DNA of 63,535 nucleotides, the filler included, from Octopus bimaculoides (Eukaryota), in assembly GCF_001194135.2 (NCBI RefSeq). It is 9 parts of 9 records of this genome, joined end to end, with 100 filler letters (N's around TTAATTAATTAA, not from the genome) between each part and the next. Parts side by side here need not be neighbours in the genome. Positions count along the whole stretch, not along the records: positions 17,764 to 27,679 come from NC_068996.1; positions 27,780 to 36,508 come from NC_068999.1; positions 36,609 to 42,328 come from NC_069001.1; 6 more parts are not named here. One strand, written 5' to 3'. This document shows, piece by piece, positions 24,668 to 38,162 of the stretch (within the stretch, counting starts at the first letter, position 1; each line of letters begins with the position of its first letter). The notes beneath the pieces are model-generated. The model had not been told where the DNA came from and ran no database searches. It was given only the letters and a program-made list of their open reading frames with translations. The position numbers and the translations under genes were made by a program.

Positions 24668-27444
24668 GCCCATAATATTTGCTTTTAGGGATCAACTTTC
24701 CTGGATTAATTGCATAGTTTTCTTTCCTGATTCAAAGTTCTGACATTCCATGCACCTATTCTAAGACTCTGCTTGCAAGAATTTCTCAAACAATATCCAT
24801 TCTGTTGGATTTAAGCCATTTTCATCATAACAACCATTCTTACTCTGTTATCGAGGTGTCTCTTCCCTGTGATTTTGAATAAGATCATCCCAGATTATCT
24901 TATATTGCTGATTGCTTCTATTTGGATCATCATTGGCATTTCTTTGGGATTGTACATGATAGAGTCCCAATTCCTTTCATGATGATTGGCCTTCACATCC
25001 ATTGACCTGTTTGGCTCTTTTGCAATCTCCACCATTCCAAGTTTCATGCACTTATGGATAGATATTCCCACCCTCCAGAAAAGCCCTTGTGTTCACTCAC
25101 ATAATTTCACTGGTCAATCAAAACCATGAACCAGGGTGTGGCTTCTACCATACAATGCACCACCATATATGGAGCCATATATCAGTTAGATGCAGAAATA
25201 ACAACCAAACAAGATTCTGGTCAACCCCTAAAAGGAAGTGACTGCCTCTCACCATGAGATGCTATCCCACCCCTTTCATTTTGCACCCTTATAGACCTTT
25301 TCAGTGATATCTACAACTCTGGACACCTCCCTGAAGACAGCAAACAGAATGGTTTTGTTCTGAAGGATAAGTTTTCCTCAGTACTTCATAAACTGTGCTA
25401 AGGCACCAGAGATTATTTTTGGATTTAAATAACTTAAGGTAATTCTTTGTTTTTTAAGGAAGCTACACATCTGGTGAATTAGGAATCTTTTCTTGAAGAC
25501 AGAACTCTTATGGAAATTATTTAAAAGATTTCTACATATTCCTACTGGCTTTAATTTGTTTAGAAGCCATTTTCACAGATCTACTCTGCCAGAGTAAAAT
25601 CATTATATCATTAGCATTATCTCCAGTCAAATTTACCCCATACCAAGTTTGATATTATTGACCTTGTCATTCATAGAATGTAAACATTTATTTCTTTACC
25701 CATTTAGGCTGTTTCTCAAAATTAATTTTGATAAATAGCATTCTGTATCTTACTTAATATGAATGTAATGTAGAAAGACACAAAACTGCAGTATTTGTCT
25801 TGTGAAAGCTTTTCATACAGATGTATAGAACAGAAGAAGCACCGAAGAGTATCAGTAGCAAACAAAAAGCATTCAGAAGCGGTGGTGGTGGAATTGCTAA
25901 ATCTAGATTTCTGCTTTTTTGAGCATCATCAAGTAGCATGGATCCATTTAGTAACTCATGTTTAGACAAATTTAGCTTCTATTGATAGAGAAAAACAGTG
26001 ATTAAATAAAACACTGATGTTGCAATTAGCAGGCAGGCTGGGTAAAAATTTTGTTATTAGTGACAGAAGAAATATTGATTCAGGATAGTGTTCTGTATAT
26101 CTTACTTTGCATGGATATACTGTAGAAAACCAGAAAACTGCAGCATCCATCTTGAGGAAGCATCTCGTGTAGACATATAGTGCTAAAAAGCACAGAAATA
26201 TATCAGCAGCAGAAGAACGATGCCCAGTAGTGGCAATGGAATTGCTAAATCTAGATTTTGATGTCTGAGCATCTGTACAAGATTCTTTCTCAAGACAAAT
26301 ATTGCAGTTTCATGCTTTCTGTAGTGTATCTACATGAAGTAAAATATATTGAGTGTTATTTTGAACTAAAACTGCTTCCATTGCTAATAACTAATTTTGA
26401 TAAAATAACCAGAAACCAACAGGTTTGTAAATTCAATTTATTATTCCTAGATATTGTATACAAAACAAAAAGCTAAAAATAAATCATTGGGATAATTCTA
26501 TGAGTATGATGTAATACGTTTTAAGTGATAAAAATATACCATACAAATATGTAATCCAGATCTACTTAACATAATAGCAAAAACTAGAGCTGTTGTTTAT
26601 ATAGCAAGTCAAGTGTAATCAAATTATTGGAGAATGTTATTTCCATATTTGGCCAATTGATGTTACAGCAATTAATCTGTGGCTTCATGTTTGGCTGTGG
26701 TTTTGGACTCGTCCAGAATTTTCCATTCTTTTGTAATTATTTCTTTCAATTCTTTCTACAGAAAAAAAAGAAAGTAAAGAAAAGGCAAATAAATAATTTG
26801 TTAAAGTTTTCTTTAAAAATTAGTTTAATATTTAGAACAGAAAAATGCCTCATAGCCACCCCCAAATCTTCTCCCCATCCTTTCTCACTTTTTCTCTATC
26901 TAAAGACAGTGCTGATACAATTTGCTATGTTCTTTGAGAATGGAAGTGGCCTTTGGCAGGGTTTCAATTCAGAATAGCTTTCTATTATTCTAAACTAGAC
27001 ACAAAAGCACATTAATAGTAATAAACATTAAGTAAAAAAAAAAGAACAAATTTATATATATGAGGAAAGGAAAAAGGATAGTGTTCTTTTTTTTGAAAAC
27101 ATTGTTTTGCTTTTTTTTTTATTTTGAATATTGGCCGGATTGAAGAACATTTAAGAATAGTAAAAGTAAATAATAGGACGAGAGGAGGATATATTCCAAT
27201 GGATAGACAGGTAACTGCAATATTAAATTGGTGCCACATAAAAAGTACCTGTGCTGGCACCACATAAAAAACACTCAAGCTGGTGCCACATAAAAAGCAC
27301 CCAGTAAAGTGGTTGGTGTTAGGAAGGGCATCCAGTTGTAGAAATCATGCCAAAACAGATGACTGGGGTCTGGCGCAGCTCTCCAATTTGACAGCTGCTA
27401 TTAAACCAACCAATCCACACTAGCATGGAATATGGACATTAAAT

Positions 27445-27679
27445 GCCAACAATGATGACAATGCCACTGCTAACGCTAATGACAACACCATCGGTCAATG
27501 CCGACAATGATGACAATGCCACTGCTGACGCTAATGACAACACCATCGGTCAATGCCGACAATGATGACAATGCCACTGCTGATGCTAATGACAACACCA
27601 TCGGTCAATGCCGACAATGATGACAATGCCACTGCTGACGCTAATGACAACACCATCGGTCAATGCCAACAATGATGAT
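27445..27679 (+). repeat. 55-bp minisatellite (4 full units plus a partial unit, running into a gap)
   Basis: Units start at 27445, 27500, 27555, 27610 and 27665. Consensus GCCGACAATGATGACAATGCCACTGCTGACGCTAATGACAACACCATCGGTCAAT. Confidence 0.95.
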
Positions 27680-27824
27680 NNNNNNNNNNNNNNNNNNNNN
27701 NNNNNNNNNNNNNNNNNNNNNNNTTAATTAATTAANNNNNNNNNNNNNNNNNNNNNNNNNNNNNNNNNNNNNNNNNNNNCATGTAATTAGCTATACGCAA
27801 ACGTCTATAAACAAAATGTAGGAT

Positions 27825-27856
<32 letters not shown>

Positions 27857-27956
27857 TACATACATACATACATACATACATACATAAGGTGGTGCTGCAG
27901 CATGACCACTGGCAAAAGAATGAAGCAAGTAAAAGAATAATTTATGTACATATGTA

Positions 27957-27999
<43 letters not shown>

Positions 28000-28147
28000 A
28001 CACACATACATACAAACCTTACTTTATTCATTTACGCATAAATGTATAAATTCTATACAGTTTCTCCGACATGTATTGAGCTTATTTTTCACTTGCTTTT
28101 GCATTCAAATTCTCCCTCTTTCTCTCTCTCTGCTTCTCTCTCGATCT

Positions 28148-28191
<44 letters not shown>

Positions 28192-28335
28192 CTCTTTCCT
28201 TCTCTACTCACTGACACATACAAAAACACGCACACACACATACGCACTCATTATGCAAAATTCTCATTTTATGTAAAATTCATGTCTATTTCTTCATTGA
28301 AGTCTGAATACAATTGACTCATACGTGAAGAAATG

Positions 28336-28375
<40 letters not shown>

Positions 28376-28422
28376 TTATATACATATATGTTTATATGTA
28401 TAAATATATATGTATATATATG

Positions 28423-28453
<31 letters not shown>

Positions 28454-29530
28454 GTATATATATACATATATACATGACATTTGAAAACAATAATTTTAGG
28501 TGGCAAAAAACAAAGATGTCGGTAAAATTTTGATAGAAGCTAACGAATGTGTCTGTTCAAAATTTGTATATAACACAAATGAAGGCAACAAATATATAGA
28601 ACAAGAATAAACCATTTTGTGATTTCCTGCAAATTGTTCGTTCTGCGATTCAATCCATGGATCTTTTTTGTTAATTTTTTAACAGCCATAGTGAGAATAT
28701 TTATTGTTATCTATATAATATATATGTGTACATATTTACAGATATATATTTTTTGTGCATGTAATTAGATAATGTGTACATGCTTAACTTTTTGTCTCTC
28801 TCTCACCTCCTCTCTCTCTTACCTCCTCTCTCTCTCTCTACGTATGTATGTATATCTATCTATCCATATGTGGTCTCTGAAATCTGAAGACGGGGGCCGG
28901 TCTATGTAATGTTTATATGCTTCCACTATTAGTTGAATATTCTTGTCTTTTTGTGAATTACATCTGCCAACATTATGAAGTAATTCTAAGCATCCCAAAA
29001 CAGCTGGCGGGCCTGTAACACCATACCTTGTTACCACAATTTTCTGTGTATTTGTACTTAATGTGAATCTGGATGGATTAAATTAAACTCTAGCCTCCCC
29101 TAAAGCATTAAGTAGCAATTTAATTCGCTGTGTGAGCGCATGTGCGCCAAGCCACGCACGAGCGTGTGCTTATATTTTCGTAGATGTTTGTACGAGCGAG
29201 TGTACGTGCGCCATACAACCCCCATTTTAAATACTTTTTCACTGTAATTTACATTCGTTATATTTTTAATCTGTTATTTAATATTGATCTTATATAAAAA
29301 TGAAACTGGACCCTTTTATACGCCGCTTTTCTATGCACAAACCAAGAAATCATCTTGCAGAACAGTCGTTATTTTAAGAAGATACATCTTGTGATCAACT
29401 GAAAAAACATCTACACTGTCGGATACTCCTAAAGTAGTTGCTAAGTATCTCACCTATGTGGGATCAATGTTAGATGGTTCGAAACAATTGTAGTGATGAA
29501 TAAACATTTTCCTATCTTTCGTCAGCTGTT

Positions 29531-29565
<35 letters not shown>

Positions 29566-29631
29566 CACACACACACACACACATTTACATATATATATGT
29601 GTACACGCATATCTATACATATATATATATA

Positions 29632-29671
<40 letters not shown>

Positions 29672-29975
29672 CATATATATGCAGCGATATAAATATAGAT
29701 ATAAATATAGATCTGCCTGTTCAGGTGTGTTTGAGTCTGCGTTTGGCACACCACCACCACAGCCACTTTACAACCCGCATTAACGTCCCCAGGATAAAGC
29801 GGTTCGACAAACGCAACTGATAGAATAAGCGTCAGGCTTTGAAAAGTTGCAATGCAGTCAATTCGTTCGACTAAAATTCTTCAGAGTGGTGTTAGGCGTA
29901 GTAGCACTGAAACACACTGATGATAGGTATATATACGTTAATATATGTACTTTTCTACCTCGATCTATCTATTTA

Positions 29976-30011
<36 letters not shown>

Positions 30012-31317
30012 TACAAACATGTGTGTGTGTGTGTGTGTGTGTGGCCTTGTGTGTATAATTTGTATATTTCCTCTGCATGATATTCTTCGATATCCTCTTC
30101 AACAATTTTCCTTTCTGTTGCTGTTGTTGTTGTTGTAGATCTTATTCTTTCTTTCTTTCTTTCTTTCCCATCGGTATTATTACTGTTATTAAGCGTTCTA
30201 AATGTTATTCCCCTCAAAACTGTACTTAATAACAGATAGAAACGATTCAAACGAACGCAAACATAAAACAAACGACGTTTGAGAACAACGGGATGAAATA
30301 AACTGAAAAAAGAACAACAGCTACAACAAATAGCAAAGCAACTCCAACAACAACAGCAACAACAATGACAACAAGCAGAACAACAACAATAAGAAGCAGA
30401 CAAATCAAAATAAGAAGCTGAAGAATAACAACAGCAGCAGCAACAACTACAACAACGTAATTACAATCTAAGAAAGACAAAGACACGAAGAAAAAACATA
30501 CTTCAACGAAATCAACCGAAATGAAAGCTAAATAATGATAATGATGATAATAATGTTAACAACAACAAAGATCGAACCAGAAAGTATATAATGTAAAATA
30601 TCAAATAAATGAAAAACAATTGACAAACACAACAATGTCCATTATGAAAAGCAACAACTACAAATAAGAGACAAAATATAACAAAACAAAAAGAACAATA
30701 AAAATCACAAAATTATAGAAACAACAAAGAGTGCATGAAACTTTTGTAGAAGTCAAAATGGCAGCTACTGAAATAACAAACCATCAAAAATATATCCCTG
30801 TCATGAATACAAGAGATAACAAAAATGATAAAAGAAGCTAAATCCTACGTATATGCTCATGTTATCTTTATCTGCTTTCATGAAGCGATGCCGCTACAAT
30901 TGTTGCTTCGCTTAGTTTTATTCTTTTTCACTTTTTTTTACATCAATCATATGAGTTATTTAAATATAATTACACCATTATTATTATTATTATCATTATT
31001 AGTCATCATCATAATTCTCTTCCACCTCCTCTTTATTATTATTATTATTGTTGTTTGTTTTATTGATATCATGATTATTATTACTGCTATTAATATACAT
31101 GGTTTGAGAAATTGTTGTTTTTGTTGTAGTAGTTCTTGTTGTTCTAGTTCAACTCCCGCCTTAGGGGACTTAGTCTTTCAGCATTTCGAGACGGATAAAA
31201 TACAGTCCATCCAAGCAACGGAATCGATGGTAGCAACCATTCCCTCCCATCAAAATTGCTAGTCTTGCTTCTAGGTTAAAGACATCCCCATAATTATATT
31301 TTATTACCATCATCACC

Positions 31318-31348
<31 letters not shown>

Positions 31349-32391
31349 CCGACAACAACAACTACAAAATCATCATCGTTATTGCTAGTAATACTTTTAT
31401 GTGATGAGATTATTTTTGTTGAGTTCACATCCTACCTTTGTCAGCTTCGCCGTCAACTCGGCTGAGGCCGATAAAATAAAACACTAAGGCTGCCTCATAT
31501 AAGGATAAGTAAATGTTCTGTCAATGACGCCTGTTGAGGCAGACACTTGTGTCCTCAACAATCAGTAATCAAAAAGTTTTACCCCTAATATCAGTTTTGG
31601 AGAATTTTTTGTTTCTTTAGATTATCGCTATTACAAATAATGCCTTCCGTAAATTCTTCCAGCTCTTTACCTTTTGAGGCCAAATCATGCAGAAAATTCA
31701 CTTAGTATTTCATTATTCAGATCTAAACAAGTATTGAGCTGAATTTAATCGACTAAACTTTCTTCTCAATTTCTCTGGTCTGCCGCCTAAATTAAAACGA
31801 AATTCCTTTATAACTATTGCTGTTGTTTTCTGTGGACTTTAACGTTACACATGGCTTCGCTTTGAAGACATTTCTTCGTAGAATTATCTAATGATAAAAT
31901 AAGAAAACTAGGACTTTTTTCTTCTTTTCACAGCGTAAGGTTTTCAGACGTGTTGGAGGAGAGGAGAGATTTGAACTTTTTGGCAAATACTCATCTGTTA
32001 CATTGCACGCATTCCAAATGGCCGTCTCAGAAAGACAATAACAGTTGCTGACCACGGATGTTTTAGCAGTAACTTAAAGAAATATATCAGTTCAAACTTA
32101 TAAAGCAAACTGCACCTCAGCGTTTTATTTCGCTTGTAAAGCCTGGCTTGGGGCATTGCCAGAGGAATAACCAGTAAAAATATCAGGATATAAAAAAAAA
32201 ACCCCAAAAAACTTGGACATGATTTACGGAATGAAGAACAAAAATGCGAGTATTAATTTGAATAACGAAAATTGCCGTAAGATCACGAATGACGCCATAA
32301 AAAAACAACGACGACAGCTACAATAAAAACTGCAATAACATCAACTACACTAACAACAACGGCAACATTTCCTCAAGTGCTAATTTTATAG

Positions 32392-32557
32392 GAGCAACGA
32401 AGCAAATCAATTTGCACCAAAATCAAAGAAATGGAGGAGAATTACAGGATGTACTTCACAAAAGATAGTACCTCCTTGCAAGAGGAACAAAAGGGCAGGA
32501 AGCAAGATGGATACATCTGCCTTCCTTAGAAACGCAGAATCAATATATATCCAACGA
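32392..32557 (+). CDS. Candidate upstream exon of the CAP-domain gene
   Basis: TTTTATAG acceptor, GTGAGT donor and an open frame (SNEANQFAPKSKKWRRITGCTSQKIVPPCKRNKRAGSKMDTSAFLRNAESIYIQR). Only weak resemblance to the CAP N-terminal (YR..HG.PP) region. Confidence 0.35.
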
Positions 32558-33094
32558 GTGAGTTTCAGAAGGTCTTTTGGCAATGCGTAACACGAAGGAC
32601 AAGGCTGGGTGCTTTCTTCCAAATAAAATGTGTCTCTGTGATTGTGTACCAGTACCAGCAATGACCACCACCAAAAGCGGCCTTTGGATCTAAGATCCTT
32701 CTACGGTCGTCCTTCCCGTTTGATTTTTTGGGTGGTTATTGCTGCTGCTGGTTAAAGGCTCTGGAAGTAAGAGACGTATTTGCAGCCGTCGAGTCCATTC
32801 TGGTGTTTAATACTCGGTGCTTTCTTTCTAATGAAGTTTGTCTCCAAGATTTTACCAAATTGTTGACAGAAATAAATATTTGATTAAATATCTGGTATAT
32901 GCAATTGAGTAACTCTTCAATTATAATGGCCTGCATCAGCCTTAGTGGATGTACACTGTTTCTAGGCCATTTACGGCAATATTTGTACTGAGATAACTGC
33001 ACCTGTCGACTTGCTGCGTTCAATATACAGTTAAGCTCAGACAGAGTGAAAGAGAAAGTAGAAGGGGAAGATATACATACATATGTGTGTGTGT

Positions 33095-33127
<33 letters not shown>

Positions 33128-33967
33128 CGTTCCAGCACCAGTCAACAACAGTGTCATGCATTAGGGTATTGTTCGCCCATTTCAATGGTGCGTGCTCCCA
33201 GTCAGCCACATGCCTGGATGCGAATTCATCGTCTCTAATATAAGAAAATGGAATAAAGCATTCACTAATACAGCAAATACTTGGCGTGGCCGACTAAAAA
33301 CTCGATATGTGCATTTGAGGAAGTATTGCATAGTTATTTCTTCTATCATACTTAATGTCTCACAAATACTGTTGTAACTGGCTCATCGACAGGGTGTGTA
33401 TAGATTAAATACGTTAAATCGAAGTCTATTTTAATTAAATAAAATGTCAAATCTTACCGCAGCAAACTTTTGTGTTTCATTCATCCTTTCATACTTAGTC
33501 AAATAAGTACCAGTAGCAAACTTAGTTTCAAAAGCATTCCTTATTCACCAACCCTTCATTCTGGTATTCTTTTACAGTAAGAAATAGACATATTCTATTT
33601 CTGTCAGGGAATTTCATTATAGTGCTTGATGTATTCAACATCCAATTATAAACCGCTACCTAATGCATGTCATGCCAAGTTTAATTGGTATTTAAACTAC
33701 AGCCTCATTAGTATTCCTCTTAACGTCATTGCTGTTCCTTACGCAACTCCTAACTGTCTGTCTGTCTATCTATCTATCTGTCTATCTATCTATCTGTGTG
33801 TGTACGTAAGTTTATTCTGCTTATCGATGTCGACTTACAAAGCGCACACAAACAGAAACAAAAACTACGTATGCACATAGATCCAAACACACTCAGACAG
33901 ATGTGTGTATGTGTATACATACGCGCGCACGCACACACACACACACACATGCGTGCGTGTATATATA

Positions 33968-33998
<31 letters not shown>

Positions 33999-34897
33999 GT
34001 GTGTGTGTATGTGTGTGTGTGTGTGTGTGTAATACACATACAGTGTGTTGAAAACTGTCAGGTAACACATACATTAAAAATCTACACGGATATAATTTGT
34101 CAATATCATCTTACACAAACTCCTTTTTCATTTATTTATTCATTATTATATCCCAATATAATATGAAAATATCATGAAATATTAGACTAATGAAAGATGC
34201 ACGGTACATTGATACACAGACAGACATACAGACATGAAAAATCATGTTTCTCTGCCCGCAGGATATATTCCAATTTTTTTTTCTGTTCTGCTATATGACA
34301 TGTTAAGGTATACATTCACCAATTCCTTTTCATTTATATTTCTTATGTAGCGAGAGATGAACTTACAATTCTATGAACATATTGCTCTCCGTCTTTCGAA
34401 TTATTCCAATCTGGTGATATATGGATGCTGTATATGACCTACATAATCTAACTCATCAACAAAGATAATTTTGTCTCTCTTTTTTCATTTTTATGCTCGA
34501 GTATAAATTCCTAATTTATGAAGAATTTAATGCCACGTCTATTAATATATAAGAAATGTCGTAGTCTTTTACTCGTTGTGTTAGTAATCTTTTATGTATT
34601 TTCATTCGCAAACAAATATGTTTCCAAGCCAGCCAATGTATATTGATCTACAATTACTGATGGATTCATTCATCATTAATTTCAATGTAATGTGCGTGGC
34701 CTGGTGGTTAAAGCGTTTGGTTCATCACCGTTTTATTTGGATTCAGTTCCAAGACTGTGCGAGGCGTTTCAGGTTGGAACAAGGATAAAAGTTCAGTTTA
34801 TATTGCCACAGTCTACTCAGCTGTTGATCATGCTTACCAGCCGTAGAGAGGTTTGGTGCTCTTTTTTATTTTTTTTTTCAATTGCTTCTTACTGGAG

Positions 34898-35004
34898 GTT
34901 TCGCTGGAACAAGAATGAAGGGACCAAGAAGGAACCACATGTTTACAAAGGAACCCAAAATAATTTGCGAAAGCACCTTGCATTTCCCCCAGTGATATCC
35001 ACCG
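34898..35004 (+). CDS. Internal exon of a divergent CAP/SCP (GAPR-1/GLIPR2-like) protein; 5' boundary uncertain (34898 or 34914)
   Basis: Translates as FRWNKNEGTKKEPHVYKGTQNNLRKHLAFPPVIST. The GTGAGT donor is phase 1 and compatible with the next exon. H...RKHLAF aligns with H...GENLAW of GAPR-1. Confidence 0.55.
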
Positions 35005-35543
35005 GTGAGTGATGGCTCAAAGCACGTATTATGCTTGCAGAGCTCCGAGAATGTTATACATCTCTGGTGCAGTCAAAGAGGTAGAACTATCTCTAAATTA
35101 TCTCCCATATTTATCAAAAATAACCACAGTTATATCATTGTATATTATTTTTCTCACTCCGCACTTATATTTAAATTACTTATTGTAATGGAACACATAG
35201 CATTATATTTGTGGTCACCCATAGATGTATGATTTTTATTGAATGTAGGATTACAAAGTTAATTATTAAACAATCGTATTTCTTCAGGCAGAAAAAAATA
35301 CATATATACACGCACACAAACACACATGTGTGTATGTGTATACACACATACATACACACATAAACACACACACATAAACACTCATTTCCGGTCCGGGAAT
35401 TGACCCTACGATCTAGCGATCGTGAGTTTACAACCTGACGTCTAGAATATCCACCTTCACTATTTGTGTGCGTCTGTGTGTGTTTATGTAACTGTGAGCT
35501 CAACAATCAGCGTCGGGTTATTTATGTTCCTGATTCTTTTAAG

Positions 35544-35633
35544 CTAGCGATTCGGCAGAAGAAGCAATAAATCACTACCGGGATGAAGCAAGTAAAAGAT
35601 ATAAAAATATGGAGAATGTATGGGATATCACCG
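35544..35633 (+). CDS. Penultimate exon of the CAP/SCP protein
   Basis: TTTTAAG acceptor and G|GTAAAT donor, both phase 1. Translates as (A)SDSAEEAINHYRDEASKRYKNMENVWDIT(G), which aligns with TGKEVADRWYSE...GTG of GAPR-1. Confidence 0.7.
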
Positions 35634-36979
35634 GTAAATACATAGTAATGGTTAGTAAAATAGACGCCGCAGACGAAGAGACTTGTTTCCATTCTTATGT
35701 GAAGCTCGTCAGGAACGGTTTATATCTCATTCAATTTGAGCTAGAATACAACGTATCCTTAGGAGTAAACAAGCAATTTATAATCGTACAGCAATTTTGT
35801 GTTGTTTCGTCGACATTTCAATATATTTAATCAATATATTTAAAACAAAGGACACATTGAAAACAGTAATCCTAGATACGCAATATTCTAAAATTGTGGA
35901 ATCATCAAAAAGACAATGTTTAAACATAAGAATGCATGTTTTTTTCAAGAATGACCCGAGTCAAAGCAACAACGAAAACAACAACACATTCAACAATAAA
36001 AACAAGCGTCTCTCTATTCATTAGACGCCGTTTTTCCACTTCCATATAAATTGTTTCATTTGTGACATCCGAATGATTCTAATCCGCCCATATGTCACAA
36101 CGTATAAGAAGGTTAATAAGAAGTTGACAATTTGGCGTACTGCTGCCGCTGTTACTACTATTAACTCTACTGCTGCAACTACTACTGCTACCTTATTTCC
36201 TGATGAAGAACACAACAATATTGTTTTCAAAGAAGCACTTCAGTTGAATTGAAGTCAAATTTTCCATTAGAACCAAACCCTTACAACATCAGACGTGCTT
36301 CGCTATTTCCATGACATCCACTTCATAAAAACACTTATCTCAGTGTCTCATTATTTAGGATATAAAACCACATATGTCTACTACTGTATGATATACGAAT
36401 GAGTGTATGTATGCATGGATATATGTATGTGTGCGTGTGTGTGTATGTATGTACATATATGCCTATATATATATATATATATGCCTATATATATATATAT
36501 ATATATATNNNNNNNNNNNNNNNNNNNNNNNNNNNNNNNNNNNNNNNNNNNNTTAATTAATTAANNNNNNNNNNNNNNNNNNNNNNNNNNNNNNNNNNNN
36601 NNNNNNNNCCACCCTCTGCGATAAACTTCTATAATTATTTCATTTATGAACCTTCTTCTCTCGACTTTAGCTGTGTTTTGTTATAAACAGACGAGTCCCG
36701 CCCTTCTTCATTACATTATTAAATATATAAACATTATCTGCATAAGATTTGGAGTGGTTTCTTTAAATATTTTCGTATTTTACCTCGTTTTCCTGTTTCT
36801 CCCAGAATTGCTTTTTATTCAATTATACAAATTTTAGTTTATTATTTTGGAAGCTTGGGTGTTTAGATAGCAATATACTAATTAGGATTTATTTTATGAA
36901 TCTATTCAGTTGTTAATAATTAAATGATTAGCTTAACGTATCACTGTATTTTATACATTTATTCATAATGCATTGTCAC

Positions 36980-37046
<67 letters not shown>

Positions 37047-37995
37047 TATACGCACACAGCACACTCATATATATATGCAAGTGAGTTGTATATTTGGTGA
37101 CGGTCAAACTCTGTGAGTGTAACACAGAGACACACACACACACACACACACACAGACACAGACACACAGAGACACACACACACTCACACTCAGACACACA
37201 CGCACATACATACATACATACATACATACATACATACATTTGTACCTTGAGTGTGAATTCTCGTTTATACCTATCATCATAGGTTATGTACCAACAAATT
37301 TGCACAAAACCTTTAAANNNNNNNNNNNNNNNNNNNNNNNNNNNNNNNNNNNNNNNNNNNNNNNNNNNNNNNNNNNNNNNNNNNNNNNNNNNNNNNNNNN
37401 NNNNNNNNNNNNNNNNNNNNNNNNNNNNNNNNNNNNNNNNNNNNNNNNNNNNNNNNNNNNNNNNNNNNNNNNNNNNNNNNNNNNNNNNNNNNNNNNNNNN
37501 NNNNNNNNNNNNNNNNNNNNNNNNNNNNNNNNNNNNNNNNNNNNNNNNNNNNNNNNNNNNNNNNNNNNNNNNNNNNNNNNNNNNNNNNNNNNNNNNNNNN
37601 NNNNNNNNNNNNNNNNNNNNNNNNNNNNNNNNNNNNNNNNNNNNNNNNNNNNNNNNNNNNNNNNNNNNNNNNNNNNNNNNNNNNNNNNNNNNNNNNNNNN
37701 NNNNNNNNNNNNNNNNNNNNNNNNNNNNNNNNNNNNNNNNNNNNNNNNNNNNNNNNNNNNNNNNNNNNNNNNNNNNNNNNNNNNNNNNNNNNNNNNNNNN
37801 NNNNNNNNNNNNNNNNNNNNNNNNNNNNNNNNNTTAAAATGATTTATTTCACTTTCAGAACTTCCGTTTGTTTCTATTGTATAAACTAGTTGTCGTCTGC
37901 TTTGGCAGACGATTACTTGTTTTACTAGTTTTCTCAGAAACGAAGCTACTTCATATTTTCAAAAGTCATTTGTCTTTCTCTGTCTATTTTCACAG

Positions 37996-38162
37996 GTTGC
38001 CAGCATTTCAGTCAGATGTTGTGGAGAAGTACAACGGAGTTTGGTGTGGGGCTTGCTAAAATGAAGAAAAAGGACCAATATGTTGTAGTTATACAGTACC
38101 GTCCTCCTGGTAACAACAATTTACCAGGAGAATTTCGAAAAAACATACCACCGCCTAAATAA
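37996..38162 (+). CDS. Terminal exon of a CAP/SCP (GAPR-1/GLIPR2-like, PR-1 family) protein
   Basis: TTTTCACAG acceptor. Translates as (G)CQHFSQMLWRSTTEFGVGLAKMKKKDQYVVVIQYRPPGNNNLPGEFRKNIPPPK*, containing both CAP signatures (HFTQMVW..T..GVG and VV..Y.PPGN). Confidence 0.92.

Larger units (their letters stand above)
21340..24790 (-). mobile_element. Decayed RTE-clade LINE (APE endonuclease to start of RT), interrupted by SINEs and a TIR element
   Basis: Motifs in order on the minus strand: LRIGAWNVRTLNQ (about 24770), ERIMLLKIKA (about 24470), FSTTILYVY and LLIMGDFNGKV (about 22.8-22.9 kb), FDYILINE, then PKILESELEHVIRMKKHKAPGP...KLTKLFNNIHEFGQLPGDF (ORF 21340-21786). Confidence 0.85.

Noticed and set aside
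29969-30720. Cys-rich or Gln-rich ORFs (metallothionein-like or polyQ appearance)
   Set aside because: Degenerate (CAA/CAG)n low-complexity DNA with stops in the plausible frames.
33192-33377. ORF with WNKAFTNTANTW, loosely like a CAP helix
   Set aside because: Similarity is weak and there is no convincing phase-compatible splice pair.
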